DNA of 64,000 bases from Ranitomeya imitator (lineage: Eukaryota). Positions within the stretch are counted from its first letter, which is position 1. Each line of letters starts with the position of its first letter. The notes under the pieces are model-generated. The model did no database searches. It had not been told where the DNA came from and saw only the letters and a list, made by a program, of their open reading frames with translations. A program made the position numbers and the translations under genes. The DNA lies in assembly GCF_032444005.1 (NCBI RefSeq), contig NC_091290.1:39432001-39496000 (forward strand), written 5' to 3'. This document shows positions 11,436 to 25,400 of this stretch, piece by piece.

Positions 11436-12904
11436 GTACGTGCTTGTGTGGGTGTCTGTAGGGAGCTGTGTGCAGGGGGTGTACTGCAGGCCTCCTGCGT
11501 ACTAATGTGAGCTGCAACTGGAGACTACCTAGTATATAGCAGTGAAGCTTCCTCCTATTAACCCTTCCTGTTAAATCCCCCACTGTAGGGAATGTCACGT
11601 TCACCATGCAGGATAGACAGGATTTTAAGATCCAAAAATCAGCGGCGGAATCCCGCATCAAAGAACAATCTGCTGCAGAATGTGTCCACAGGGAATCAGC
11701 TCTTGTTTTTTTTTTACCTGCTGTTCTCCTGGATCCAGCGTTACTTTTCGTTTGTTCCTGAGATACGGCCCCTTATTCCCTGTATATAAATAGTCCTTTT
11801 TTTGCCAAGGGGGTGTGGTTCTAATGAAAACACAGAAAAGAGTTGTGGAAAACGCCCACTTGGCTAACAAGCCTAAATTGATATATATATGTAGGGAAGA
11901 GAGGGTCATAGCTCAGGAACGAAGCAGAAAAATATTGTCGGATTCAGGAGGACAGCGGCATTTACCGGTCATGCTTATGGCAAACGATAGGGACATTATA
12001 ATTATTAATTTTTTTTTTCAAGATCACCCATTTATTTCCACACCAAAGTTAGAACCACGTGCTGTGGATTTTCTGGCAGACTTCCCTGCAGATTATAGGT
12101 CAGATTAGCTGTGGAATTATCTGCAGCAAATCTGATCCATGTGGACGTATCCTGACAATTACCAGAGATCAGAACCCGACTGCTGGGACCCCAACCAATC
12201 TTGGGAATGGGCCTCTGGATCTGGGGAACCTGAGCAAAGTCTGGAATGGAGCTGAACTGTTCGTGTTTACCTCCTTTTCATTCATTGTCTATGGGACTGC
12301 TGGAAAGAGTGGCGCGCTATACTCAGATTTTTCCATCAGTCCCATAGATAATTACTGGGAATGAGGTCTAAACACCGCCAGTACGGCTTCATTTAAGACA
12401 TGGGTACCTGGGATCCAGAGGCCATTCTTGTGTGGTCCCAGTGGTCAGGCCAGTCATTTATCCAGTACCATAGCCGATGAGGATAACTTATCTTGGGAAT
12501 AACATAGACTTTCTACAGACGTGATATGGTGGGAGAGGGCTGTGGGATCCATGGATTAGTTTGGAGGTTTCCTTGGGTTGTGGACTCTGCTCCCCCCTCC
12601 TCTGTGAGTGACCCAGCCATGGCTCCCAGCCCCCTCGCTGCACATACCTGACGAGCACCAAGGTCGCCCGTCCTTGTACCTGTACAGTCCATACTGCGGA
12701 TCAAAGTCCCTTCTGATGGTGATGTGATACGGAAAATGAAAACAATACCGATGCCATCTCCGGTCACTTATATCCCAATCCCAGGACCTCATTATGGTCC
12801 TTCTCCTACCATTTTGTTAAAAATAAAATAAAAATTAATAATTTTTGTATTATAATTTTTTTTCTATTGTAGTGAATAAGAACATTCCCGTAGGAATAAG
12901 AAGG

Positions 12905-12962
12905 ATGGCGGACAAGATAAAAACTCCACGTACAAAGGAATTTGAGTTTGGGGGATCCATCG
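12905..12962 (+). CDS. TM7SF2: TM7SF2 coding exon 1
   Basis: [20 protein letters not shown], donor GTAAGC. Confidence 0.92.
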
Positions 12963-15900
12963 GTAAGCGTGTCTGGCTTTATGTTGGGGGGCTGGCACCG
13001 CATTCTTACACCCATACGTATAGATGTTTCTTCCTTTGTAGGGGCCTTACTGCTGCTGTTCGTCTTGCCCGTAACGGTCCTGTACCTCCTCCTGGCGTGT
13101 AACACAGACGATGCCAGTGTGCTCCAGGTGCCCGGGCCCCTTCCCCCGCTGCCGGCCTTGTGGAACCCATATGCCCTGACGCTGCTGCTGGGCTGGATCG
13201 CGCTGCAGGCGGTGCTGTATATGTCGCCTATGGGAACAGTATGTCCGCTTTCTTTTTTTTTGTTTGCATATAGTATCCCCTCTAATGATCCCCACCAGCC
13301 GCAGACCCCTGCTCTCTCTGATGTCCATAAATCCGCGCTCCGCCGAATCCGTCACCAGTCGCAGTGATTGTGCCCCTACATAAGATACTGCGCCGAGTGC
13401 TGTCTGCACTCATCCCTTTAAATTTATCATATCATTTCCAATCCTGTAATATATAACATGGAAGTCCTCTTATTTCAGACGGCTGAAGGAATCCCTCTGA
13501 GAAACAACACTCGTCTGAAATACAAAATAAATGGTGAGTTAAAAAATGGGGGTGGTGTCGTCTAATATCGGAGCGATGGCATCTTCAGAGCCGTTGTGCA
13601 GGAGATCTGGAGCGATGACAGGACAGACACTGTACTCTGCTGACTATAAAAGGCACCGAAGGTCTAGATGAAGAAATTGGGGAAAACAGATTTCCTATTA
13701 ATTACTATTTATAGTAAGAAAAGGCGGTAATAGATGTATTACTAGTGTTTCTCTGCAGCGTGTGTATGATACATGTGTAGACTCTGCAGCACACACATAT
13801 ACAGCGCCTTGCGAAAGTATTCAGCCCCCTGGAACTGTTCAACCTTTTCCCACATATCATGCTTCAAACATAAAGATACCAAATTTAAATTTTTGGTTAA
13901 GAATCAACAACAAGTGGAACACAATTGTGAAGTTGAACTAAATTTATTGGTTATTTGAAATTTTTGTTGAAGATCAAAAACTGAAAAGTGGGGTGTGCAA
14001 TATTATTCGGCCCCTGTAACGTAATACTTTGTTGCGCCTCCTTTTGCTGCGATTACAGCTGCAAGTCGCTTGGGGTATGACTATCATTTTTGTACATCGA
14101 GAGACTGAAATTCTTGCCCATTCTTCCTTGACAAACAGCTCGAGCTCAGTGAGGTTTGATGGAGATCGTTTGTGAACAGCAGTTTTCAGCTCTTTCCACA
14201 GATTCTCGATTGGATTGAGGTCTGGACTCTGACTTGGTCATGCTAACACCTGGATACGTTTATTTGTGAACCATTCTATTGTAGATTTTGCTTTATGTTT
14301 GGGATCATTGTCTTGTCGGAAGACAAATCTCCGTCCCAGTCTCAGGTCTTTTGCAGACTCCAACAGGTTTTCTTCAAGAATGGTCCTGTATTTGGCTCCA
14401 TCCATCTTCCCATCAATTTTAACCATCTTCCCTGTCCTGGCTGAAGAAAAGCAGGCCCAAACCATGAAGCTGCTACCACCATGTTTGACAGTGGGGATGG
14501 TGTGTTCAGGGTGATGAGCTGTGTTGCCTTTACACCAAACATATCGTTTGGCATTGTTGCCAAAAAGTTTGATTTTGGTTTCATCTGTCCAGAGCACCTT
14601 CTTCCACATGTTTGCTGTGTCTCCCAGGTGGCTTGTTGCAAACTTTAAACGATACTCTTTATGGATATCTTTGAGAAATGGCTTTCTTCTTGCCGCTCTT
14701 CCATAAAGGCCAGATTTGTGCAGTGTATGACTGATTGTTGTCCTATGGACAGACTGTCCCACCTCAGCTGTGGATCTCTGCAGTTCATCCAGAGGGATCA
14801 TGGGCCTCTTGGCTGCATCTCTGATCAGTCTTCTCCTTGTTTGAGATGAAAGTTTAGAGGGAAGGCCGGGTCTTGGTAGATTTGCAGTGGTATGATACTC
14901 CTTCCATTTCAATATGATCGCTTGCACAGCGCTGCTTGGGATGTTTAAAGTTTTGCAAATCATTTTGTATCCAAATCCGTCTTTAAACGTCTCCACAACA
15001 GTATCACGGACCTGCCTGTTGTTTTCCTTGGTCTTCATGATGCTCTCTTTGCCTCAAACAGAACCCTGAGACTATCACAGAGCAGGTGCATTTATACGGA
15101 GACTTGATTACACACAGGTGGATTATATTTATCATCATTAGGCATTTAGGACATTGGATCATTCAGAGATCAACAATGAACTTCTGGAGTAAGTTTGCTG
15201 CACTGAAAGTAAAGGGGCCGAATAATATTGCACACCCCACTTTTCAGTTTTTGAATTTCCAGAAAAATTTAAAATGACCAATAAATTTAGTTCAACGTCA
15301 CAATTGTGTTCCACTTGTTGTTGATTCTTCACCAAAATTTTACATTTGGTATCTTTATGTTTGAAGCATGATATGTGAGAAAAGGTTGAAAAGTTCCAGG
15401 GGGCCGAATACTTTCTCAAGGCACTGTACACAACACTGCTGCATGCACCATACATGCACACTCACAGCTCTGCTATAAATGCACCGAGCTCTGCTACAAA
15501 CACTCGTGCACAGCTCTGCTACAAACACTCGCGCACAGCTCTGCTACAAACACTTGTGCACAGCTCTGCTACAAACACTCGCGCACAGCTCTGCTACAAA
15601 CACTCGCGCACAGCTCTGCTACAAACACTCGCGCACAGCTCTGCTACAAACACAGCTCTGCTACAAACACTCGCGCACAGCCCTGCTACAAAAATTTGCA
15701 CGCAGGTCTGCTACGATCAGGTTTTCTGCAAGTACAGCTCTGCTACAAACACTGTTGCACATCTTGGCTAAAAACACTGGCACACAGCTCTCCTACAAAT
15801 CACCCACAACTCTGCTACAAATACTCACACCCAGCTCTGCTACAAGCACAGCTCTGCTACAAACCCTCGACACAGCTCTTCTACAAACACTAACACACAG

Positions 15901-18900
15901 ACAGCTCTGCCACATGCATGTGCACACATGCAGTTCAGCTACATCAGTGAACTGATAGGTCCTTCAGCTAGTTGGGACCTGCGGCATCTGTGCAGCTAGA
16001 GGTGATGTGCAGCTCCTGGTAGGTTTCTGTCCTGCCTTTCACCGATCAGATAGATAAGTGTCTGCTCCTGCATAGATCTTTCAGTGATCGTGAAGAACAC
16101 GGTGTCGGCATCTTGTCGTTCATAGGAAGCTGCCTCCAGATTATATGTACACACACACTTTTTAGCAAGATTTTTTTTTTCTTGCTTAAAAGTGTGTCTA
16201 TAGTTCAAAAACTCTGGTAATAATCAGTTTAAGGCCGGTTTCACACGTCAGTGGCTCCGGTACTTGAGGTGACAGTTTCCTCACGTACCGGAGCCACTGA
16301 CACACGTAGACACATAAAAATCAATGCATCTGTGCAGATGTCATTGATTTTTTTGCGGACTGTGTCTCCGTGTGCCAAATACGGAGACATTTCAGTGTTC
16401 GTGGGAGCGCACGTATTACATGGACCCATTAAAGTCAATGGGTCCGTGTAAAGCACGTACCGCACACGGACGTTGTCCGTGTGCAGTCCGTGTGCCGTGC
16501 AGGAGACCGCGCTACATTAAGCGCTGTCCCCCCCACTGGTGCTGGAGCCGTGATTCATATCTTCCCTGCAGCAGCGTTTGCTGTAGAGAAGATATGAATA
16601 AGTGTGTTTAAAATAAAGATCTATGTGCCCCCTGCCCTCCCACCCCCTGTGCGCCCCCCCCGCTGTTCTGAAAATACTCACCCGGCTCGCTCCCTCGCCG
16701 GCGCTGCTTCCTCTCCTGGCCGCATCTTCTCCTGTATGCGGTCACGTGGGGCCGCTCATTTACAGTAATGAATATGCGTCTCCACCTCACATAGATCTTT
16801 ATTTTAAACACTATTATTCATATCTTCTCTGCAGCAAACGCTGCTGCAGGGAAGATATGAATCGCGGCTTCAGCACCAGATGCTGGTACGTGTGGTACCC
16901 AGCACGGTGCGTGTGGTACCCAGTGGGCACACGGGCGGCACACGTGTGCCGCACGTGTGCCACACTGATGTGCCACAAAAACGTAGGGGCACACGGACAC
17001 GGATAATTCCGGTACCGATTTTTTTTCCGCTCCCGGAATTATCTGGACGTGTGAGACTGCCCTAAAGCAGATCTGCAGCCTCCCCTAATGTGAATACTAG
17101 TAATTAACTTTATTCCCTTGAAATGTCAGTTCTGAAACCTTGTTTTTTTCATAATTGCATTGTCCCTCTGTTATTCTTTCTGAATAACCTGATAGTTGGG
17201 TGTCACCAGTTGGGGCTATGTCCGTACATTATAACAGTCCAGTTAGTGGTGGCAGTGCCAGGCTGTGTATGGGACACCAGTCTTGGACCAAAGGAATGGT
17301 GAGGCCTAGTTATCAATGTATTTATAAATATTCAGGAGGAATGACAAAGGAACATCACAGAGTTATGTGAAAAGATGTTTGTTAGGGGAATGTACGTATC
17401 TTCCTAATGGTGACCTGTCCGGAGAGTGACTGCTCCTCATTAGTAATTTGAGTTGTTCTCAGCGTCAATGTTTACAGAATTTTTTTTTTTTAGATTTGTT
17501 CACTATTTATAAGTTTTAAGATGAGACAATGTTTATATCTAATTTATTTTGTCTGATCTTTTTCCATCTCCAGCTTTTTCTGCCTTCCTTGTGAGCGCCC
17601 TGCTGGCCGGTGTGGCAGTGATGCTGCAGTTACCCCTCTCTTACGTTTACGACCACTTCTTGCAGTTTGCTGCGGCCTCAACCATCATATCTTTGGCTCT
17701 CAGTATCTTTCTTTACATCAAGTCGCTGGCAGCACCGGAGTCTGCACTGGCACCAGGTGGTAATTCAGGTAATATTGCATAAACCCCAAAAGATGTGGAG
17801 AACACATATCATGTGAGCGCTGCAGCCGATCTCTGTTCCTTTTTGGATGAATTGTGAAGGCTGCAGGCGATTAGTTGATCTGCAGCTGCTGATTGGCTGC
17901 AGCGGTCACCTGAACTCCCTCACTGGATGTCAAGTGCTCTGGTCTGGGAGGTGAGCGTCATGTCTATTATTTCTTACTCCACCCATTAACGTTAAATGTT
18001 ATAGTAGAGGACAACCCCTTTTAAATGCTTTTTTTTAAATCTTCTTACCCCAGGGACTTTATTTTTCTGGGCACGAACTAAAATAATGAAAAAAAAAAAA
18101 AAAAAAAACCCTATCCTGAATTATTTTAATCCTCATGTTGGTATTTTTTATTAAAGGAAATCCCCTCTATGACTTTTTCATCGGGCACGAGCTGAACCCC
18201 CGTATTGGCTCCTTCGACCTGAAGTATTTCTGTGAACTTCGCCCGGGACTCATGGGTTGGGTGAGAATTTTTGGTTCTAGAAAACATGGACTAACAGTTC
18301 TATAGATAAGGTATATTGTAAATGGAAACATTCAGGGGGTATGTCCACATGATGGGCAACGACAGGTTAACAGCTGGGACCCACCACATCTCCAAGTAAA
18401 GGGGAAGCAAGAAAGGGACGTCACATGGTCAGAGAGCAACAAAGTCCTGGAAAAAGTGTATGGGGGACAAATGCCAATCAGTTGGGGTACATTAAATGAT
18501 TTGGGGTAACTGCAGGTCTTCAGAGCCCAACAGGTGAGGGGCCAAAGATTGAGTAGTTAATGGTAAAAACCAGTCCCTCTCCAAGTCCCCAATATTGCAA
18601 GGAAAGCAGAGTAGGCTCCAAAAGAGGAGATGGGGCTGTAGTCCTGGGGACCCTTTTAATCAGCTTGGAGGGCAAGTTTTGAAGCCCATAGTTAAAAGAA
18701 AGAAAAAAAAAACAGGCAGATAATCACTCACTGCCCAGCGTAGGTCATTGACTGCTCAGTTGGTGAATCAGCTCCTCAACAGGGCATCTCTTCTTCTTCC
18801 AGTTTGCTCTGTAGACGTGGTGTGACTGCTGATGTCATGCTGATTGTCAGCTGACTCCCCGCAGGTAGGCAGCAGGGAGCAGACTGTTAATTAGCATAGT

Positions 18901-21900
18901 GTCGGCAGTCACGCCCCATCAACAGAGCAGAGCGGAAGAGAAGCCGCTGCTATGTCAACGTGACATCAGCAAAAGCTGCAGAATCGCCGGCAGGAGCGGT
19001 GTGTGACCTCTCTGTGCCAGGAGAGATTTGCACTGGGCACAACAGATAGGTAGGTAGCACCTCACTGCCTGTTAGATTTTAGGCCCGTAGAAAGAAAAAT
19101 AGTCTTGAACAAACCTTTACGTATTTAAAGTTAGGGGGGTTTAGAGCCGAGCATTGCGGGGTCCAGCAGAAGATGTCCCTTCTTGTGTTCTAACATCTGT
19201 GCTCATTCATTAAGGTAATAAAGTAGGTAATTTGGGCCAGTGCCTCATTGCTTCGGGGCCTCCGCAGTTACATGGGCTGCCTCTGTTACCTAAGTCCTTG
19301 CTGTTAACTCCTGGCGCCTACATGTGTGATGTTCAGTATAGTGGGGCCACTCGTCTTCTCGCTGGGCTACCATTTTGTTTTTCACCACTTTTCTCCAAAT
19401 CCTAGGGCATCTTCTAATATCTCCTTCCTTCGCCCCTCTGACATTACTCATTCCTTTCCAGTGTGTGTTAAACCTGTGCTTCCTGATGAAGGACATCGAG
19501 CTCCGCGGCTCCGCTTCCCTCTCCATTATTTTGGTCTTTGGTTTCCAGGTTCTGTATGTCATGGATGCCCTATGGCACGAGGTACGCACACATGTCTGTC
19601 TGGGTTATATAGAAGAGCGCAGACCGCTCCTGATTTACCCATGACATTTTGTCCACTTTTTTGTCAATAGGAGGCGATTCTCACAACGATGGACATTGTA
19701 CATGACGGGTTTGGTTTCATGCTGGCATTTGGGGACTTGTGCTGGGTCCCCTTCACTTACTCACTGCAGGCGTACTTCTTAGTCCGTCACCCTCAGGATC
19801 TGAGCACTGCGGCTGCCGTTGGCATTGTCCTTCTCAATGGTAGGATCACTTTCCTTCATGTTCATTCTTAAATGTACCATGGAAATATCCAATGGACCCA
19901 ATATGTCAGCACAAACGAGTCCACAGTTACGTTGGTGGCTGCGTGTTGGACATTGTGGATAGATGTGTTTGTCTGCAGTCACTGGAATCAGTGGCTGCTG
20001 TGAAGTTTAGAGATCTGTAATATTTAACCCAAAAATGAGCATCAACCGCTCTCATCTGTTCCCAGAATGGTCTAACATCTTTAGGGATCAAACAGGCAGT
20101 CTCTGCGTGTGTTGCGGCTGTCAAACAGGCGTGAGACCTACAGCCGCGAGGACTCGAACATAAAAAATATAATAAAAAAAAAATATATATATATATGCCT
20201 GGCGTTGTCTGGGCATAGTAAATATCTGTGGTTAGTTATAGCACGTCACTTCTCTTATTTTCCCATCACGCCTCTCATTTTCCCCCTCACATCTCTCATT
20301 TTCTCCCTCACACCTCTCATTTTCTCCCACACTCCTCTCATTCCCCCCTAACACTTGTCATTTCGACCTCACATCTGTCATTTTCCGATCACTACACTAT
20401 TTTCCCTCACTCCTCTCATTTTGCACTCACACCTTTTCATTTTCACCTCACACCTCTCATTTTCCCCTCAGTATGTACATGTTTGTCATCTCCCTTATAT
20501 ATAGTATACACCTGTATGTCATCTCCTGTACATAGTATATACCTGTATGTCATCTCCCATGTATATAGTATATACCTGCTGTGTGTCATCTCCCCTGTAT
20601 ACAGTATATACCTGTATGTCATCTCCTCCTATATATAGTATATACCTGTATGTCATCTCCTCCTATATATAGTATATACCTGTATGTCATCTCCTCCTAT
20701 ATATAGTATATACCTGTATGTCATCTCCTTCTATATATAGTATATACCTGTATGTCATCTCCTCCTGTATATAGTATATACCTGTGTCATCTCCCCTGTA
20801 TATAGTATATATCTGTGTGTCATCTCCTCCTGTATATAGTATATACCTGTATGTCATCTTCTATATATAGCATATACCTGTATGTCATCTCCTCCTGTAT
20901 ATAGTATATACCTGTAGGTAATCTGCTCCTGTATATAGTATATACCTGTGTGTCATCTCCTCCTGTATTTAGTATATACCTGTATGTCATCTCCTCCTGT
21001 ATATAGTATGTACCTGTATGTCATCTCCTCTATATAGTATATACCTGTGTGTCATCTCCTCCTCTATATAGTATATACCTGTGTGTCATCTCTCCTGTAT
21101 ATAGTATATATCTGTGTGTCATCTCTCCTGTATATAGTATATACCTGTGTGATCTCCTGTATTAGACCTCGTTAACACGTTATTTGCTCAGTATTTTTAC
21201 CTCAGTATTTGTAAGATAAATTGGCAGCCTGATAAATCCCCAGCCAACAGGAAGCCCTCCCCCTGGCAGTATATATTAGCTCACACATACACATAATAGA
21301 CAGGTCATGTGACTGACAGCTGCTGTATTTCCTATATGGTACATTTGTTGCTCTTGTAGTTTGTCTGCTTATTAATCAGATTTTTATTTTTGAAGGCTAA
21401 TACCAGACTTGTGTGTGTTTTAGGGCGAGTTTCGTTTGTCAAGTTGTGTGTGTTGAGTTGTGTGTGGCGACATGCATGTAGCGACTTTTGTGTGTCGAGT
21501 GAGTTGCATGTGACAGGTTAGTGTAGCAAGTTGTGTGCAGCAAGTTTTGCGCATGGCGAGTTTTGCGCGTGGTAAGTTTTATGTCTGGTGCCTTTTGAGT
21601 ATGTGCAAGTTTTGTGTGAGGCAACTTTTGCATGTGTTGCAAATTTTGTGCATGTGGCAATTTTTCCGCGTGTGCAAGTTTTGCGTGTGGCGAGTTTTCC
21701 ATGAGGTGAGTTTTGCACTTGTGGCGAGTTTTGCGTGAGCCTAGTTTTTGCATGTGGCGAGTTTTGCGCGTGGCGAGTTTTGAGCGGCGACTTTTGTGTT
21801 TCGACTTTTATGTGGCGAGGTTGGTGTATGTGTGGTGAAATGTGTGCTGAGGGTGGTATATGTGTTCAAGCACGTGGTAGTGTGTGGCGCATTTTGTGTG

Positions 21901-22387
21901 TGTGTTCATATCTCCATGTGTGGTGAGTATCTCATGTCGGGGCCCCACCTTAGCAACTGTACGGTATATACTCTTTGGCACCATCGCTCTCATTCTTTAA
22001 GTCCCCCTTGTTCACATCTGGCAGCTGTCAATTTGCCTCCAACACTTTTCCTTTCACTTTTTCCCCATTATGTAGATAGGGGCAAAATTGTTTGGTGAAT
22101 TGGAAAGCACGGGGTTAAAATTTCACCTCACAACGTAGCCTATGACGCTTTCAGGGTCCAGACGTGTGACCGTGCAAAATTTTGTTTCTGTAGCTGCGAC
22201 GCCTCCAACACTTTTCCTTTCACTTTTTTCCCCATTATGTAGATAGGGGCAAAATTGTTTGGTGAATTGGAACGCGCGGGGTTAAAATTTCGCCTCACAA
22301 TATAGCCTATGACGCTCTCGGGGTCCAGACGTGTGACTGTGCAAAATTTTGTGGCTGTAGCTGCGACGGTGCAGATGCCAATCCCGG

Positions 22388-22423
<36 letters not shown>

Positions 22424-25400
22424 TCAGCTTTATATAGTAGATATACAGTGGGGCAAAAAAGTATTTAGTCAGTCAGCAATAGTGCAAGTTCCACCACTTT
22501 AAAAGATGAGAGGCGTCTGTAATTTACATCATAGGTAGACCTCAACTATGGGAGACAAACTGAGAAAAAAAAATCCAGAAAATCACATTGTCTGTTTTTT
22601 TAACATTTTATTTGCATATTATGGTGGAAAATAAGTATTTGGTCAGAAACAAACAATCAAGATTTCTGGCTCTCACAGACCTGTAACTTCTTCTTTAAGA
22701 GTCTCCTCTTTCCTCCACTCATTACCTGTAGTAATGGCACCTGTTTAAACTTGTTATCAGTATAAAAAGACACCTGTGCACACCCTCAAACAGTCTGACT
22801 CCAAACTCCACTATGGTGAAGACCAAAGAGCTGTCAAAGGACACCAGAAACAAAATTGTAGCCCTGCACCAGGCTGGGAAGACTGAATCTGCAATAGCCA
22901 ACCAGCTTGGAGTGAAGAAATCAACAGTGGGAGCAATAATTAGAAAATGGAAGACATACAAGACCACTGATAATCTCCCTCGATCTGGGGCTCCACGCAA
23001 AATCCCACCCCGTGGGGTCAGAATGATCACAAGAACGGTGAGCAAAAATCCCAGAACCACGCGGGGGGACCTAGTGAATGAACTGCAGAGAGCTGGGACC
23101 AATGTAACAAGGCCTACCATAAGTAACACACTACGCCACCATGGACTCAGATCCTGCAGTGCCAGACGTGTCCCACTGCTTAAGCCAGTACATGTCCGGG
23201 CCCGTCTGAAGTTTGCTAGACAGCATTTGGATGATCCAGAGGAGTTTTGGGAGAATGTCCTATGGTCTGATGAAACCAAACTGGAACTGTTTGGTAGAAA
23301 CACAACTTGTCGTGTTTGGAGGAAAAAGAATACTGAGTTGCATCCATCAAACACCATACCTACTGTAAAGCATGGTGGTGGAAACATCATGTTTTGGGGC
23401 TGTTTCTCTGCAAAGGGGCCTGGACGACTGATCCGGGTACATGAAAGAATGAATGGGGCCATGTATCGTGAGATTTTGAGTGCAAACCTCCTTCCATCAG
23501 CAAGGGCATTGAAGATGAAACGTGGCTGGGTCTTTCAACATGACAATGATCCAAAGCACACCGCCAGGGCAACGAAGGAGTGGCTTCGTAAGAAGCATAT
23601 GAAGGTCCTGGAGTGGCCTAGCCAGTCTCCAGATCTCAACCCTATAGAAAACCTTTGGAGGGAGTTGAAAGTCTGTGTTGCCAAGCGAAAAGCCAAAAAC
23701 ATCACTGCTCTAGAGGAGATCTGCATGGAGGAATGGGCCAACATACCAACAACAGTGTGTGGCAACCTTGTGAAGACTTACAGAAAACGTTTGACCTCTG
23801 TCACTGCCAACAAAGGATATATTACAAAGTATTGAGATGAAATTTTGTTTCTGACCAAATACTTATTTTCCACCATAATATGCAAATAAAATGTTAAAAA
23901 AACAGACAATGTGATTTTCTGGATTTTTTTTCTCAGTTTGTCTCCCATAGTTGAGGTCTACCTATGATGTAAATTACAGACGCCTCTCATCTTTTTAAGT
24001 GGTGGAACTTGCACTATTGCTGACTGACTAAATACTTTTTTGCCCCACTGTATATATATATACTCTGTATATATAATATATGTATATACTTTTTTTTTTT
24101 TTTACAGAATAATGTGCCCAGTCCAATGCTGTTCTTTTTGCTGCTGCAGCAATGACATCCTGGCTCAAGGACATGTGACCGTTGCAGACAGTCACTAGAT
24201 TTTAAGATTGTTGTAAAAAAAAAATAAAATAAATGAAACCTGTATATGCAGGTAGCACACTGAATAGAATCCTATGAATTTACTTTGTAATATTTAGCGT
24301 GACTTATTTTGTATAGAAATGGACTTGCAGCCTGTGTTAGGCCGGTTTCACACGTCAGTGGCTCCGGTACGTGTGGTGACAGTTTCCTCACGTACCGGAG
24401 ACACTGACTCACGTAGACACATTGATATCAATGTGTCTCTGCACATGTCAGCGTGTTTTCACGGACCGTGTGTCCGTTTGAAAAACACGGAGACATGTCA
24501 GTGTTCGTGGGAGCGCACGGATCACACAGACCCATTAAAGTCAATGGGTCCGTGTAAAACACGTACCGCACACGGATGCTGTCCGTGTGCAGTCCGTGTG
24601 CCGTGCAGGAGACAGCGCTACAGTAAGCGCTGTCCCCCCAGCGTGGTGCTGAAGCCGCCATTCATTTCTTCTCTCCAGCAGCGTTCGCTGGAGAGAAGAT
24701 ATGAAAAATCTTTTTTTTTGGTGTTTAAAAAAAAAGATCCCTGTCCCCAACCCCCTACCATCCCCTGTGCGCCCCCCCCCCCCCGCTGTTAATAAAATAC
24801 TTACCCGGCTCCCTCGCTGGCGCTGCTTCCTGTCCTCGCCGCAGCTTCTCCTGTATGAGCGGTCACGTGGTGCCGCCCATTACAGTGATGAATATGCGGT
24901 TCCACCTCCCATAGGGGTGGAGCCGCATATTCATCACTGTAATGGGCGGCACCACGTGCCCGCTCATACAGGAGAAGCTGCGGGCGAGGAGAGGAAGCAG
25001 CGAGGGAGCCGGGTATTTTATTAACTTCGGGGGGGGAGGGGGGCGCACAGGGGTGGGAGGGGGTTGGGGACAGGGATCTTTTTTTTTAAACACCAAAAAA
25101 AAAAAAAGATTTTTCATATCTTCTCTCCAGCGAATGCTGCTGGAGAGAAGAAATGAATGGCGGCTTCAGCACCAGATGCAGGGGACAGTGCTTAACTGTA
25201 GCGCTGTCTCCTGCACGGTGCGTGTGGTACCCAGTCGGCACACGGATGCCGCACGTGTGGCACACTGATGTGCCACGTGAGCACACGGACACGGATAATT
25301 CCGGTACCGAGTTTTCCGGTAACGGATTTATCTGGACCTGTGAGACTGGCCTTATAGTGCGGAGCTGCATTCACCGTCCCGCAGACTTCAGAGCAGAAAT

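Noticed and set aside
15454-15955. ORFs of 105 and 158 aa
   Set aside because: Artefacts of the 25-bp tandem repeat.
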